DNA of 64,000 bases. Origin: Candidatus Eiseniibacteriota bacterium (GTDB lineage Bacteria; Eisenbacteria; RBG-16-71-46). Shown here one piece after another: positions 21,097 through 31,300 of the stretch (its first letter is position 1; the number at the start of each line of letters is the position of its first letter). The stretch covers positions 1 through 64,000 of the forward strand of contig CAVZLN010000005.1 of the NCBI GenBank assembly GCA_963776245.1, written 5' to 3'. Under the pieces are notes generated by a model, which searched no databases, was not told where the DNA came from, and saw only the letters and a program-made list of their open reading frames with translations. The position numbers were made by a program, and so were the translations under genes.

Positions 21097-21876
21097 TCAT
21101 TGTCCCGAGAACTCGCGCTTGATCTCGTCGCAGAGGCCGCTCAGTTCGGGGAACACGAGCGATTCGCTGATGCCGGCGATCGCCAGTTCCCGGCGGATGG
21201 GGCTGGCGTCCGCGCCCGGGATGGTGATCTTCCGCAGGCAGGGCCGCTCCTTCCCGCTCCGGCCGGCGAGCCGGTCGAGCGCGTCGCGCTCGGTGCCGTG
21301 GATGGTGAACATGCCCCGCTGCGCGGCGATCCGCTGGCTGGCCCGGATCGGGGCGATCGCGAGCGGCAGCCTGCCCTCGAGCTTCTGTCCCTCCCGCAGC
21401 GGCGCGTGCTCGCGCGCGCGCGGGTCATCGGCGGGAAACAGCCCGTACTCCCCGAAGCTCTCGCGGTTCAGCCACCAGGGACTCATCACCCAGACGGCGG
21501 CGTCGGTCGCGCGCGCCTGGTCCCGAAGCGCGAAGTAGAGCGCGACCAGCGAGCTCTCGGTCCAGTCCAGCAGGCGCGTCGGCAGGCCGTAGTGCTGCAT
21601 CAGGAACAGCCACTCCCAGTCGGTCGCCGGCAGGCGCTCGAGGTAGATCGGCGCGCGCAGCTTGAAGGTCTCGAGCAGCGTGGCCTCGCCGTAGTACTCG
21701 TCGCCGACGCCCTTCGCCTCGCTCGCGGGCCGGTACCAGCCGGGGGTGAGCGACCAGCGCGCGTCCCCGTGACCGCGGAACCACGGCTGGACGTACCAGT
21801 CCACGTCGTCCGGCGTCCATTCGGCGACGATGTCCTCGACCGCTTTCACGAATGCCGAGAGGCTCGTGACCTGCAT
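21097..21876 (-). CDS. FRG domain-containing protein
   Basis: 'WFRGH.DA.W.L.P', 'MQHYGLPTRLLDWTES.LVALYFA', 'RIAAQRG.FT', 'GIS...VFPEL.G'. Confidence 0.92.
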   Translation of the reverse strand: MQVTSLSAFVKAVEDIVAEWTPDDVDWYVQPWFRGHGDARWSLTPGWYRPASEAKGVGDEYYGEATLLETFKLRAPIYLERLPATDWEWLFLMQHYGLPTRLLDWTESSLVALYFALRDQARATDAAVWVMSPWWLNRESFGEYGLFPADDPRAREHAPLREGQKLEGRLPLAIAPIRASQRIAAQRGMFTIHGTERDALDRLAGRSGKERPCLRKITIPGADASPIRRELAIAGISESLVFPELSGLCDEIKREFSGQ

Positions 21877-21970
21877 GCTGGCGTCCTCCGGTTGCCGGGG
21901 ATGGGGGGCTGCGACCGCGGCGCGCCGTGGTCGTGCGGGGCGCGGCTCCGCGCGGGTCCGCGCCCCGGTC

Positions 21971-23326
21971 TCACGTCATCGCGATCGCGCGCAGCCACGC
22001 GTGCGCGATCTCCGGCTTCTCCACGTCGGCGTGACTGGCGATCACACCCGGATCGCCGGGCCGGCCGTCTCCGTCGAGGTTGTAGATCCCGCCGGGCGCG
22101 AAGGCGTAGTCGGTGTCCACGCGGCCGAGCCGCAATTCCTGCACGTGACCGGTCTTCTGCGCGCCATTGCGACCGAGCCCGCCGAACGGACTGCTCGCGT
22201 CCCCGATGTCGGCGGCCTGCTGGCCGCCGAGGCGCGCCGCGATCGGGTAGGCCATCCCGACCGCCTTGTCGTTCTTCGAGTGGGTGATGAGCGTGGGTCC
22301 GAGCACCTGCCCCATCGCCACGACCGCGCGGAAGAAGCCGGCCTTGGGGGCGCCCGCCGGCGCGTAGTTCTCCGAGAACGCGTAGTGCGAGAACGCCGCC
22401 TGCAGGAGCGCCAGGGTGTGCACCTTCAGGTCGGTCCCGCCCGCCGCGCCCATGACCGCCGCCGTGACCAGCCGCGCGCCGAAGCTGTGCCCGGCAAGGT
22501 GCAGCCGCAGGTCCGGCCGCGCGGCGCGGATCTGCTTGAGCACGGCGTGCAATCCGTCGCGCCCCACCATCCCGGCGCGCTCCTTCATGACGTAGAACGT
22601 CGCGATGTCGAGGGTGTCGCGCACCTTGTGCACGATCCCGCCGAAGAAGTCGCCCAGGCCGGCGGCGCCGCCGCCCGCGCCGGCCGCCCCGCCCCCACCG
22701 ACGACCGCGGCGCCCCCGGTGTCCGCGGGAAGTCCGCCGTCGCCCGGGACCGGGCCCATCCGGTCCCAGAACGCTTCGGGCTCGAGGTCGCGGAAGTCCG
22801 CCGCTCGATCGGTGTCGACCTGCTGCATGTCGGGCACCAGGCCCCGGACGATCTCGAGGAAGCGCTTCCGCGCCCGGGGCTCGTCCTCCAGCCGCCTCAC
22901 CAGCGATCTCAGCTCGGCCAGCTGCGGCCGGGCCTCGTCCCCGAACAGGGTGCCGAACTCCCCGATCATCGCCATCGCGTCGTCCGCGATGCCGGCGGCG
23001 CCGCCGGGGATGTCATCCGCGTCCGCGGACCGCTTCGAGGGCCAGTAGACCTCGAGCACCACGGCGAGGCGCCCCGCCGGCCACGCGACGCGGCCGGGCT
23101 CCCCCGCCGGGCGGTCCATCTCCGCGCGCACGCGACCGAGGATGCCCGTGTAGAGCCTGGCCGCGTCCTGCTCGTCATTGCGCCATCCGTGCGAGAGCAC
23201 CAGCAGATCGGTGACCTCCGGCGGCTGGAGCCGCGCGAGCAGCTGCGGCACCTCGCTGTCGGGGGTGAGCGCGATCCGCCGGTCGAACTTCACCGCGTAG
23301 CAATCGAAACCCGAACGAACGACCAT
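21971..23326 (-). CDS. Cytoplasmic alpha/beta-hydrolase-fold protein
   Basis: 'VLSHGWRN', 'YWPS', nucleophile elbow 'GHSFG', 'LLQAAFS', 'HSKNDKA', 'SHAD'; RBS ggaggg before ATG 23326. Confidence 0.85.
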   Translation of the reverse strand: MVVRSGFDCYAVKFDRRIALTPDSEVPQLLARLQPPEVTDLLVLSHGWRNDEQDAARLYTGILGRVRAEMDRPAGEPGRVAWPAGRLAVVLEVYWPSKRSADADDIPGGAAGIADDAMAMIGEFGTLFGDEARPQLAELRSLVRRLEDEPRARKRFLEIVRGLVPDMQQVDTDRAADFRDLEPEAFWDRMGPVPGDGGLPADTGGAAVVGGGGAAGAGGGAAGLGDFFGGIVHKVRDTLDIATFYVMKERAGMVGRDGLHAVLKQIRAARPDLRLHLAGHSFGARLVTAAVMGAAGGTDLKVHTLALLQAAFSHYAFSENYAPAGAPKAGFFRAVVAMGQVLGPTLITHSKNDKAVGMAYPIAARLGGQQAADIGDASSPFGGLGRNGAQKTGHVQELRLGRVDTDYAFAPGGIYNLDGDGRPGDPGVIASHADVEKPEIAHAWLRAIAMT

Positions 23327-23337
23327 GGTCCCTCCGC

Positions 23338-25101
23338 TCACACCGACTGGATCGCCCGCATCAGATCCACCAGGCCGCGGCCCTGGAAGTACACGTCGCG
23401 GCCGAGGTCGGTCGCGCTCTCGAGGAAGATCTGCTTCACGCGCTCGGGCTGGCCGATGAACTCGCGCCGCACCGACAGGAACCCCGCGATCACCCCCGAG
23501 ACGTGCGGCGCCGCCATGCTGGTGCCGCTCTGCTCCACGTAGTAGCACACGCGCTCCGGCGGGGCCGCGCGCTGTTCGGCCGGCAGGTCCGCCCGATCGT
23601 CCTGCCCGGCGGCCGGCAGCCTGGCGCCGGCGCCGCACGAGAGGATCCGCTCCCCCGGAGCCACCACGTCCGGCTTGCGACGCCCGTCGCCGGTGGGGCC
23701 CTTCGACGAGAAGTACGAGACGCCGTAGGTGTGCGGCTCCTCGCGATGGGTCGAGCCCACGGTGATCGCGAGCTCGGCGTTGCCCGGGTCGTTGATGGTG
23801 AGATCGAGCCCCGCCTTGCGCACCGTGTCGCCGAGCGCGAGCACTTTGCCGTACCCGGTGTTGCCCGCGGCGGTCACCACCACGCACCCCATGCGGACCA
23901 GGCGGTTCACCTCGACGCACAGCGGCGACTGCCCGCACGCGAACCACTCGGGCTCGAACTCGTAGCCGACGCTCAGGTTGACACCGTGCACGATGATGCG
24001 GCGGCCGTCCTGGTTGAGCTGCTGCACGTACTCGAGGGCGGCGATCAGGCTCATCACCGAGCCCTTGCCGTACTCGTCCAGCACCCGCAGGCTGAGGATC
24101 CGGCACATCGGCGCCACCCCGGCGATCGACTCGAGCGCGGCGAACGTGGGCAGTTCCTGGTCCTGCTCCGAGCGCGCCTGCAATCGCTGCCGGACCATCG
24201 GAAGCGCGCCCGCGGCCGCGCCCGCGCCCGCGGCCGGCGGCGGCGCGGGATGCTCGCGCCGCCACGCCTCGTAGGCGGGCCGGTCGTACTCGCCCGCGAT
24301 GATGCCCGCGACGTGGGTGCCGTGGCCGAACGGGTCGCCCAACGGGTCGCCCTCGCCGTGCGCCGTGAAATCCACCGGCACCAGCGGGGCCTCGAGCTGG
24401 AGCGTGCCCCAGCGCTCGAAGTGCACGTGCGTGCGGTCCACGCCCGAATCCAGCACCGCCCACACGATGTCCTTGCCCAGCGCCGCGAAGGCGCGCTTGG
24501 CGGCGTCGGCCTTCACGGTCGCGACCGACCGGGTGAGCTGTGCCTGCACCGGGAAGTCGGGCCAGATCTTGTAGATCGCCTGGAGCCGGCGCGCTGGCGG
24601 CCCCGCCGGCGTGCCGGCGCGCGCGGCGTCCCGGTCGCGCCGGACCAGTTCCTGGATCTGCCAGGCCGTGAGTTCGGCGAAGAAGTAGCGCCGGCTGCTC
24701 TGGGGCATCGCGCGCTCGGACCGCGGCTGGGCTTCCATCTCTTTCTCGAGCTGGGCGATCCACTTCATCACCCGGGCTCTCGCCTTGCCGAGACCCGTGG
24801 TCTCGCCCGGACTCGGGCTGTCGGAGGTCACCGTCTCGGCGGGATCGAAGTAGTCCAGGTTGAGATCGATGATGACTGGGAACCGCACCGCAGGATCGCG
24901 CGGGACGCCCTCCTCGCCGCGCTCGCTCCAGCGTGCCATCTTCTCGGCCCACTCGGGGTCGGTGCGCGGGAACCCGCGCTTGAGGTCCTCGAGCAACGGG
25001 ATCGCCACCACGCTGCGGTCGAGGTTCTCGGGGCGGAACGCCTGCGTGTCGCGGCGCGGCGGCTGGCCCGCGCGCCGCCGGGGTCCCCTGCTCGCTGTCA
25101 T
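23338..25101 (-). CDS. S8 (subtilisin-like) serine peptidase without signal peptide
   Basis: Triad motifs 'VLDSG', 'HGTHVAG', 'GTSMAAP'; oxyanion 'AAGN'; long N-terminal prodomain. Confidence 0.93.
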   Translation of the reverse strand: MTASRGPRRRAGQPPRRDTQAFRPENLDRSVVAIPLLEDLKRGFPRTDPEWAEKMARWSERGEEGVPRDPAVRFPVIIDLNLDYFDPAETVTSDSPSPGETTGLGKARARVMKWIAQLEKEMEAQPRSERAMPQSSRRYFFAELTAWQIQELVRRDRDAARAGTPAGPPARRLQAIYKIWPDFPVQAQLTRSVATVKADAAKRAFAALGKDIVWAVLDSGVDRTHVHFERWGTLQLEAPLVPVDFTAHGEGDPLGDPFGHGTHVAGIIAGEYDRPAYEAWRREHPAPPPAAGAGAAAGALPMVRQRLQARSEQDQELPTFAALESIAGVAPMCRILSLRVLDEYGKGSVMSLIAALEYVQQLNQDGRRIIVHGVNLSVGYEFEPEWFACGQSPLCVEVNRLVRMGCVVVTAAGNTGYGKVLALGDTVRKAGLDLTINDPGNAELAITVGSTHREEPHTYGVSYFSSKGPTGDGRRKPDVVAPGERILSCGAGARLPAAGQDDRADLPAEQRAAPPERVCYYVEQSGTSMAAPHVSGVIAGFLSVRREFIGQPERVKQIFLESATDLGRDVYFQGRGLVDLMRAIQSV

Positions 25102-25326
25102 GCACCCTCCTCTGGTCGCGTCTCATGGCTGCCGAGCGCGGCCATGATATCCGGAACCGTTCCGGTTGCCAGTCCCATCCCTACGGGTGCAGGATCGTGG
25201 CTGCGGAGCACGGCGGGGACGGTGAGCCGACCCGCTCAAGCCGGGCCCGCCCGCGCCCGGGCTCCCCCGCGGAGCCGGACCCGCCTCGCGCGTCACCTTC
25301 GTCACCGTGGAAGGAGTGGCACCGCC

Positions 25327-25812
25327 ATGCGACTGACTCTCACTCTCGTTCTCCTGCTGGCGTCCGCCGCGGCGGTCGAGGCCGCGCCGGATCGCGGCGG
25401 GAGTCCGCCCTCGGCCTCGATCCTCCTCCACCCGCATCCGCGCGCCTGGCAGCCCCCGGTCGGCATGACGGCGCCGGGCCTGCGCATCACGCTCGAGCCC
25501 GAGACCGGCGCGATCGCGGTCCCGCCCGCCGCCCAGCCCCGCGCCGCGGCCGACGCGGCCGCCACACGCCGGCGCGCACTCGACCAGGTGGCGGTCATGA
25601 GCCGCGCCGATGGCTCGCGGTTCGCCGTGCTCGGCGGGCTGGTGCGGGCCTACGAGGTGGTGAGCATCGGTCCCGACGGAGCGCTGGTGCAGGAATGCGT
25701 CCATTCGCCGGAGCGGGCGCTCGAGATCATCAGCGCGCCGGCCACGCGGCCCCCGGTTCGCGAGACCCGCGGCGGCGCCGGCCACTCCGGCCGAGTGCAG
25801 GGAGGACTGACC
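25327..25812 (+). CDS. Small exported protein, in frame with the downstream peptidase (no stop in this sequence)
   Basis: Signal peptide MRLTLTLVLLLASAAAVEA; 'LEPETG', 'RADGS', 'GPDG.L..EC'; RBS aaggag. Confidence 0.6.
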
Positions 25813-27495
25813 ATGCGCGCTCGCTGGATGGTCCCGCTCCTCGCGCTGGCGCTCGGGCTGGCGGCTCGCGATTCGCAGGCCGCGTTCGTGATCGTCAACC
25901 TCAACGCGCCCGGCGAGGGCTTCAACGATCCGACCCCGGTCGCCCCCGTCGGTGGGAATCCGGGCACCACGGTGGGTGCCCAGCGGCTCAACGTGTTCAC
26001 CAAGGCCGGCGAGATCTGGGACGCGATCCTGGGCAGCCCGGTCCCGATCCGCGTGCGGGCGTCGTTCGACACGCTGCCCTGCGGGGTCACCAGCGGTGTG
26101 CTGGGCAGCGCCGGGCCGTTCAGCGTGGAATCCGACTTCGTGGGGGCGCAGTACCCGGCCACCTGGTACGTGACCGCCGAGGCGAACCGGCTCACCGGCA
26201 CCGACCTCGAACCGACCTATGACGACATGGAGGCGCAGTTCAATTCCATCGTCGGCACCGCGACGTGCCTGACCTCGCGCTCGTGGTACTACGGCTACGA
26301 CGGCAACGAGGGCGCCAACGGCATCGACCTGCTCCCGGTGCTGCTGCACGAGTTCGCCCACGGACTGGGGTTCCTCACGCTCACCGACGAGACCACCGGG
26401 AACTACTTCGCGAGCCGGCCCAGCATCTTCGACCGCTACCTGCTCGACAACGTCACCGGCAAGCACTGGATCGAGATGACGCCCACCGAGCGCGTGACTT
26501 CGGCGCTCAACACCACCCACCTGGTGTGGGACGGGCCCGCGGTCCGGCTGGCGGCGCCCGGGTTCCTGGGCAAGCGGGCGCACGTGGTCACCAGCGGTGC
26601 GCTCACCGGCGACTTCATCGCCGGGCAGGGCGTGTTCTCGCCCACCATCACGGTCGGCGGGACCACTGGCAACGTGGTGCTGGTGAACGACGGCGTCGGC
26701 ACGCTCAGCGACGGGTGCAACACGCCCTTCGTGAACGCCGGCGCGATCGCCGGGCAGATCGCGCTCATGGACCGCAGCGCCTCGTGCTCGTTCGCGCAGC
26801 AGTCGCTCGACGCGCAGAACGCCGGCGCGATCGCGGCGCTGATCGTGAACAACGCGGCGGGGCCGGAGCCGCCGCTGCGGGGCTCCGCGCCCACGGTGAG
26901 CATCCCGGTCGCCAGCCTCTCGCAGACCGACGGGAATGCCATCCGCGCGGCGCTGCTGTCGGGCTCGGTGCAGGCGACCATCGCGCTCGATCCCGCCCAC
27001 CTGGCGGGCGCCGACGACGTCGGGCGCGTGATGATGTACGCGCCGAATCCCGGCCAGCCGGGCTCGAGCGTGTCGCACTGGGATGTCGCGGCGTTCCCCA
27101 ATCTGCTGATGGAGCCGTCGATCAACCCCGACCTGTCGCAGAATGTGGACCTCACCTTCCAGGCGTTCTACGACATCGGCTGGTTCCCGCAACTGACCAG
27201 CGTCGCGACGGTGGCCGATCCGTCGCTGGCGTTCTCCCACGGGCCCAATCCGTCACGCGACGGTGGCGTGCTGCGCTTCCAGTTGCCGGAGGCGCGGCGC
27301 GTGGAGCTCACGCTCTTCGACATCGGCGGGCGGCGGATCGTGCGGCTGGCGGACGGGATGATGACGGCCGGCGCCCACGCGATCCCCTGGGACCGCCGCG
27401 ACGACGCCGGCCATCGGGTCGGACCGGGCGTCTATCTCGCGCGGCTTCGAAGCGGGGACGTCCAGCGCACGCTTCACGTCGTGCTGCTCGACTGA
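25813..27495 (+). CDS. Secreted zinc metallopeptidase with PA domain and FlgD-Ig/T9SS-like C-terminus
   Basis: RBS ggagga; signal peptide; 'HEFAHGLG'; PA domain; 'SVSHWD...LMEP'; tail 'PNP...FDIGGR...GVYLARL'. Confidence 0.85.
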   Translation: MRARWMVPLLALALGLAARDSQAAFVIVNLNAPGEGFNDPTPVAPVGGNPGTTVGAQRLNVFTKAGEIWDAILGSPVPIRVRASFDTLPCGVTSGVLGSAGPFSVESDFVGAQYPATWYVTAEANRLTGTDLEPTYDDMEAQFNSIVGTATCLTSRSWYYGYDGNEGANGIDLLPVLLHEFAHGLGFLTLTDETTGNYFASRPSIFDRYLLDNVTGKHWIEMTPTERVTSALNTTHLVWDGPAVRLAAPGFLGKRAHVVTSGALTGDFIAGQGVFSPTITVGGTTGNVVLVNDGVGTLSDGCNTPFVNAGAIAGQIALMDRSASCSFAQQSLDAQNAGAIAALIVNNAAGPEPPLRGSAPTVSIPVASLSQTDGNAIRAALLSGSVQATIALDPAHLAGADDVGRVMMYAPNPGQPGSSVSHWDVAAFPNLLMEPSINPDLSQNVDLTFQAFYDIGWFPQLTSVATVADPSLAFSHGPNPSRDGGVLRFQLPEARRVELTLFDIGGRRIVRLADGMMTAGAHAIPWDRRDDAGHRVGPGVYLARLRSGDVQRTLHVVLLD

Positions 27496-27501
27496 TCGCC
27501 C

Positions 27502-28305
27502 AAATGACGTTCCCTGATTCGGCATCACGCGGCGAGCAGTAGCCGTCGCGTATCTCGAACGGAGGACACCATGGGACTCTTGACCTTCAGCATCAACGTC
27601 ACCCTGGACGGCTGCGTCGACCACCAGGAGGGAATCGCCGACGACGAGACACACGCCTTCTTCACGCGCCTCATGGACGAGGGCGGGGCGATGCTGTGGG
27701 GCCGCGTCACCTACGAGATGATGGAGAGCTACTGGCCGGCGGTCGCCCGCGGCGACGAGGAGGCGCCGCCGGCGATGCGCGAGTGGGCGGTCAAGCTGGA
27801 GGCCAAGCCGAAGTACGTGGTGTCGTCGACGCGAAAGGGGTTCCCGTGGACCAACAGCCACCACATCGCCGGCGACCTGCGCACGGGCGTGCAGAAGCTC
27901 AAGGACGCGACCCCGGCCGGCGTGCTCCTCGGTAGCGGCAAGCTCGCGACCGAGCTGGACCGGCTGGATCTGATCGACGAGTACAAGTTCCTCGTCCACC
28001 CCAGGATCGCCGGCCACGGCCCGACCCTGTACCAGAGCGGGCTGCCCAGCACGCGACGGCTCGAGATGGTCTCGGCGAAGCCGCTCCGCAGCGGCGCGGT
28101 CGCCATGCACTACCGGCGCGCGCGCTGACTCAGAGCAGCCCCATCGCGCCCAGCTCGCGGGCCAGCGCGTCGTCGGGAGCCTTCTCGCCGCGCAACACGG
28201 CGTACCCGCTGCACGAACCCCGTCTTGAGCATGACCGGCTGAGCGGTGCAGGGTGCAGGGGTGCCGAACTGCTCCCAGCCAATTCCGAATCAGGGAAAGT
28301 CATTT
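27502..28305. mobile_element. 804-bp segment bounded by imperfect inverted repeats (non-autonomous cassette-like)
   Basis: 27502-27522 aaatgacgttccctgattcgg versus reverse complement of 28285-28305 aaatgactttccctgattcgg (20/21), plus a shared gagcagt further inward. Confidence 0.5.
27571..28128 (+). CDS. Dihydrofolate reductase family (RibD C-terminal domain) protein
   Basis: 'NVTLDG', 'GRVTYE', 'GSGKL', 'LIDEY...P.IAG.G..L'. Confidence 0.9.
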   Translation: MGLLTFSINVTLDGCVDHQEGIADDETHAFFTRLMDEGGAMLWGRVTYEMMESYWPAVARGDEEAPPAMREWAVKLEAKPKYVVSSTRKGFPWTNSHHIAGDLRTGVQKLKDATPAGVLLGSGKLATELDRLDLIDEYKFLVHPRIAGHGPTLYQSGLPSTRRLEMVSAKPLRSGAVAMHYRRAR

Positions 28306-31300
28306 AGAGCCGCGCCTCCGCCAGCTTGCGGTTCAGCTGCAGCACGCGCACGTCGGGGTCCACCACCACCTTCTCCGGCTTGAACGCGCAGCGCAGCGTC
28401 AGCGAGCGCGACTCGCCCGCGCCGAGCGTGACACGCGCGCGGGTGTCGCGATAGCGGCTGTCCTGCACCGAGGGCGCCACGGTCTGCCCGCGCGCGGCCT
28501 TGACCCAGCGCTCGCCGGCGGTGGCCGCGATCTCCACCGGCATGCGGCCGGTGCCCGAGTTGGTCACCGTCACCGCGACGTCGTACCCGGTCCCGGCCGG
28601 CGCGCGCACGGCGCGCGTGATCCGGTACTGCGGCATGGCCTTGTCCTCGAACCACTGCTTCACGAACGCGTCGTACGCCGCCGGGTCCTCGGCGAACGGC
28701 CGCATCGCCGCCACGAAGTCCTGGAGCGCGGGGTGGTCGCGACTCACGCTCCACGTGCGGATGAAGTCCCGATAGCCGGCCAGCGCGCGCTCGTGGCCGA
28801 GGAAGTCGTAGAGCATCCAGAACACCCAGCCGCCGCGGTCGTAGATCACGCTGTTGTCCGACCGGCGCGAGCCGTCCACGTCGTACATCGGGCGCTCGTC
28901 GTCGGGCCGGCGGCGGTCGCCGTAGCGGGCCTCGATGCCCCGGGCGAACTCCATCCGGCCGCGCGGGCCGCGCACCTGCTCGAACAGCAGCAGGGTGGAG
29001 AAGTGCGCCATGCCCTCGGACAGGAAGTCGCCGCCCGGGCCGTTCGCGGGCGTCAGGATGTTGCCCCACCACTGATGGGCCGCCTCGTGCGCGGTGACGA
29101 GGAAGGTGGCGTCGGTCCGGGCGTCGTTCTTGGTCAGGAACCCGATGTTCTCGCTGAACGTGATGTTGGTGCCAAAGCCCTGCGCGTACCCGGCCAGTCC
29201 CGGGAACTCCGAGAGCTTGAGGTCGCGCCACGGATAGGGCAGGAACCATTCCGAGTACCAGCGACGCGAGGCGTCGAGCGCCGCGGACATCTGCTGCACG
29301 TTGTAGGGGTGCGCGGCGGCGTGATAGATCGTGGTGCCGTGTCCCGGTCTCGCCTGCCACCGGCCGGCGACGATGTTCAGGATCTTGACCGGGTGGTCGG
29401 TCTCCCACACCTGCGTGCGCCAGCCGTCGCGCACGCTGTCGCTCGTGCACACGCCCACCGAGTTCAGGGTGTACGCCGCCGGCGCGGTGATGCTCACGCG
29501 CGCGGGGAACCACGCGGTGGCTCCATAGCCCGCGCGGGTGATCCCCTTCCAGTAGTCGCGCGAGTAGCGCCGGGCGTCGGTGCGGTTGTCCTTGTCCACG
29601 CCGACGCCGTCCATGAAACCGAGCACCGGCGAGAACGACGGCGTGAACCCGGTGAGCACCACGCCCGAGGGCAGGATGAACTCCGGGGTGTTCTCGCCAT
29701 TCTTGGTGACGCCGCCGGGGAACCGGCCGTCCCACGACCAGCCGATCACCACGCTGTCGCCCTTCGCGAGCGGCGCGGGGGGCGTGAACACGAACAGGTG
29801 CCGTTCGTCCGCGGGCACGTACGGGCGGCCATCCAGCGTCCACTTCAGGTGCTCCCAGTGGAGGCCGCCGGTGAGCGGGATCCGCGCGATCGTGCTGTCG
29901 AGGTCGTTGACCAGCGTGACGGCGCCAGCACTGGCGATCCCGTGACGGGCGGGGTCCAGCCGCACCGCCACGCCGAAGCGCGCGATGACCGGCAGGGGCG
30001 CGTCGAGCCACGTCTTGAGGTTGCGGCCCCAGTAGTCCTTGCCCGCCTTCTTCGCCACGCCTCCGCCGATCCCCTGGTCCACCAGGAAGATCAGCGCGAC
30101 GCACGCCGCCAGAGGGACCACCGCGTACAGACCGAGGCGCACGCAGGTGCGCGCGAACTGGGCCGGCGCCAGACGGTGAAGGGTCTGGACCGGGTCGGCG
30201 TCCCGGCGGCCGAACAGGCGCACCGCCAGCACGGTGAAGAACGCCGCGGCTCCGAGCACCATCACCCGGTTGAGGATCAGCGCCACCCGGTCGGTCTCGA
30301 AGAAGCCGAGGTCGCTCCAGCGCAGCACGCCCCACAGCGGCCAGTTGCCGGCCCAGTTGACCCCGTCGGTGAACAGGCGGTAGCCGGTGAAGATGATCAG
30401 TCCAAGGCAGATCGAGTAGGTGGCGTACCGATTCCCGAGCCAGGCGTAGACCGCCGTGACGAACGCGGTCCAGGCGAGGAACGTGGGCACCAGCAGCAGG
30501 ACCCAGATCAGCAGGTACGGCACCAGCGAGAACGGCACGATGCCCTGCACCAGCAGCGCGATGGCGCACGCCGCCAGCGACGCCAGCAGGATCGCCAGCA
30601 CGACCACGCTGTTCGCCAGCGCCTTGCCGAGCAGCAGTCCCGTGGTGCGCATCGGCGTCGCGTAGAGGATGGGTGCTAACCCGGTGGTGCGTTCCCGTTC
30701 GAGGGACTCGACGGTGTAGAACAGCAACAGCAGGCACACCAGGGTGGAGATCTGGTTCGCCACCGCCACCGCGGTGTTGCCGGGAGTGAGCAGCAGCGGG
30801 GTGTCGAACGCCCCGGTGGCGAGCAGCACGTTGCCCAGCACCTGCAGCAGGATCAGCGGGACGAAGATGTAGAGCCCGGCCTGGCCGCGCAGTTCGCGCA
30901 ACTCGGCCCGCGCCACCGCCCCCACGCCGGCCAGCGCGGCGGGCGCGCGCGAGATCATGCGCAGCGCGCCGAGGGCCGGCGCCTCCTCAGGCCGCTCGCC
31001 CGGGGCATCCGCCCGTGCCGAACGGCGATCGGCGCGCGAGGCCACCTCGCCGCGCAATGAGCGCGCCACCGCGTGCTGGGTCAGCCCCACGAATCCCAGC
31101 CCGGTCCCCAACAGCCACAGCCGGTTGATCCAGAACAGCAGGTCGTACGGGACCGCGCGCGTGTTGTAGAACGCCACGCCCCGGTCCACCTTCAGGTGGG
31201 TCTCGTTGAGCCAGCGGTAGCCGGTCGGATCGAGCACCTGCATGAGGCGGTTCAGTCGCAGGTCGAGCCAGGACGGCGACCACGTCCACAGGAAGAACCC

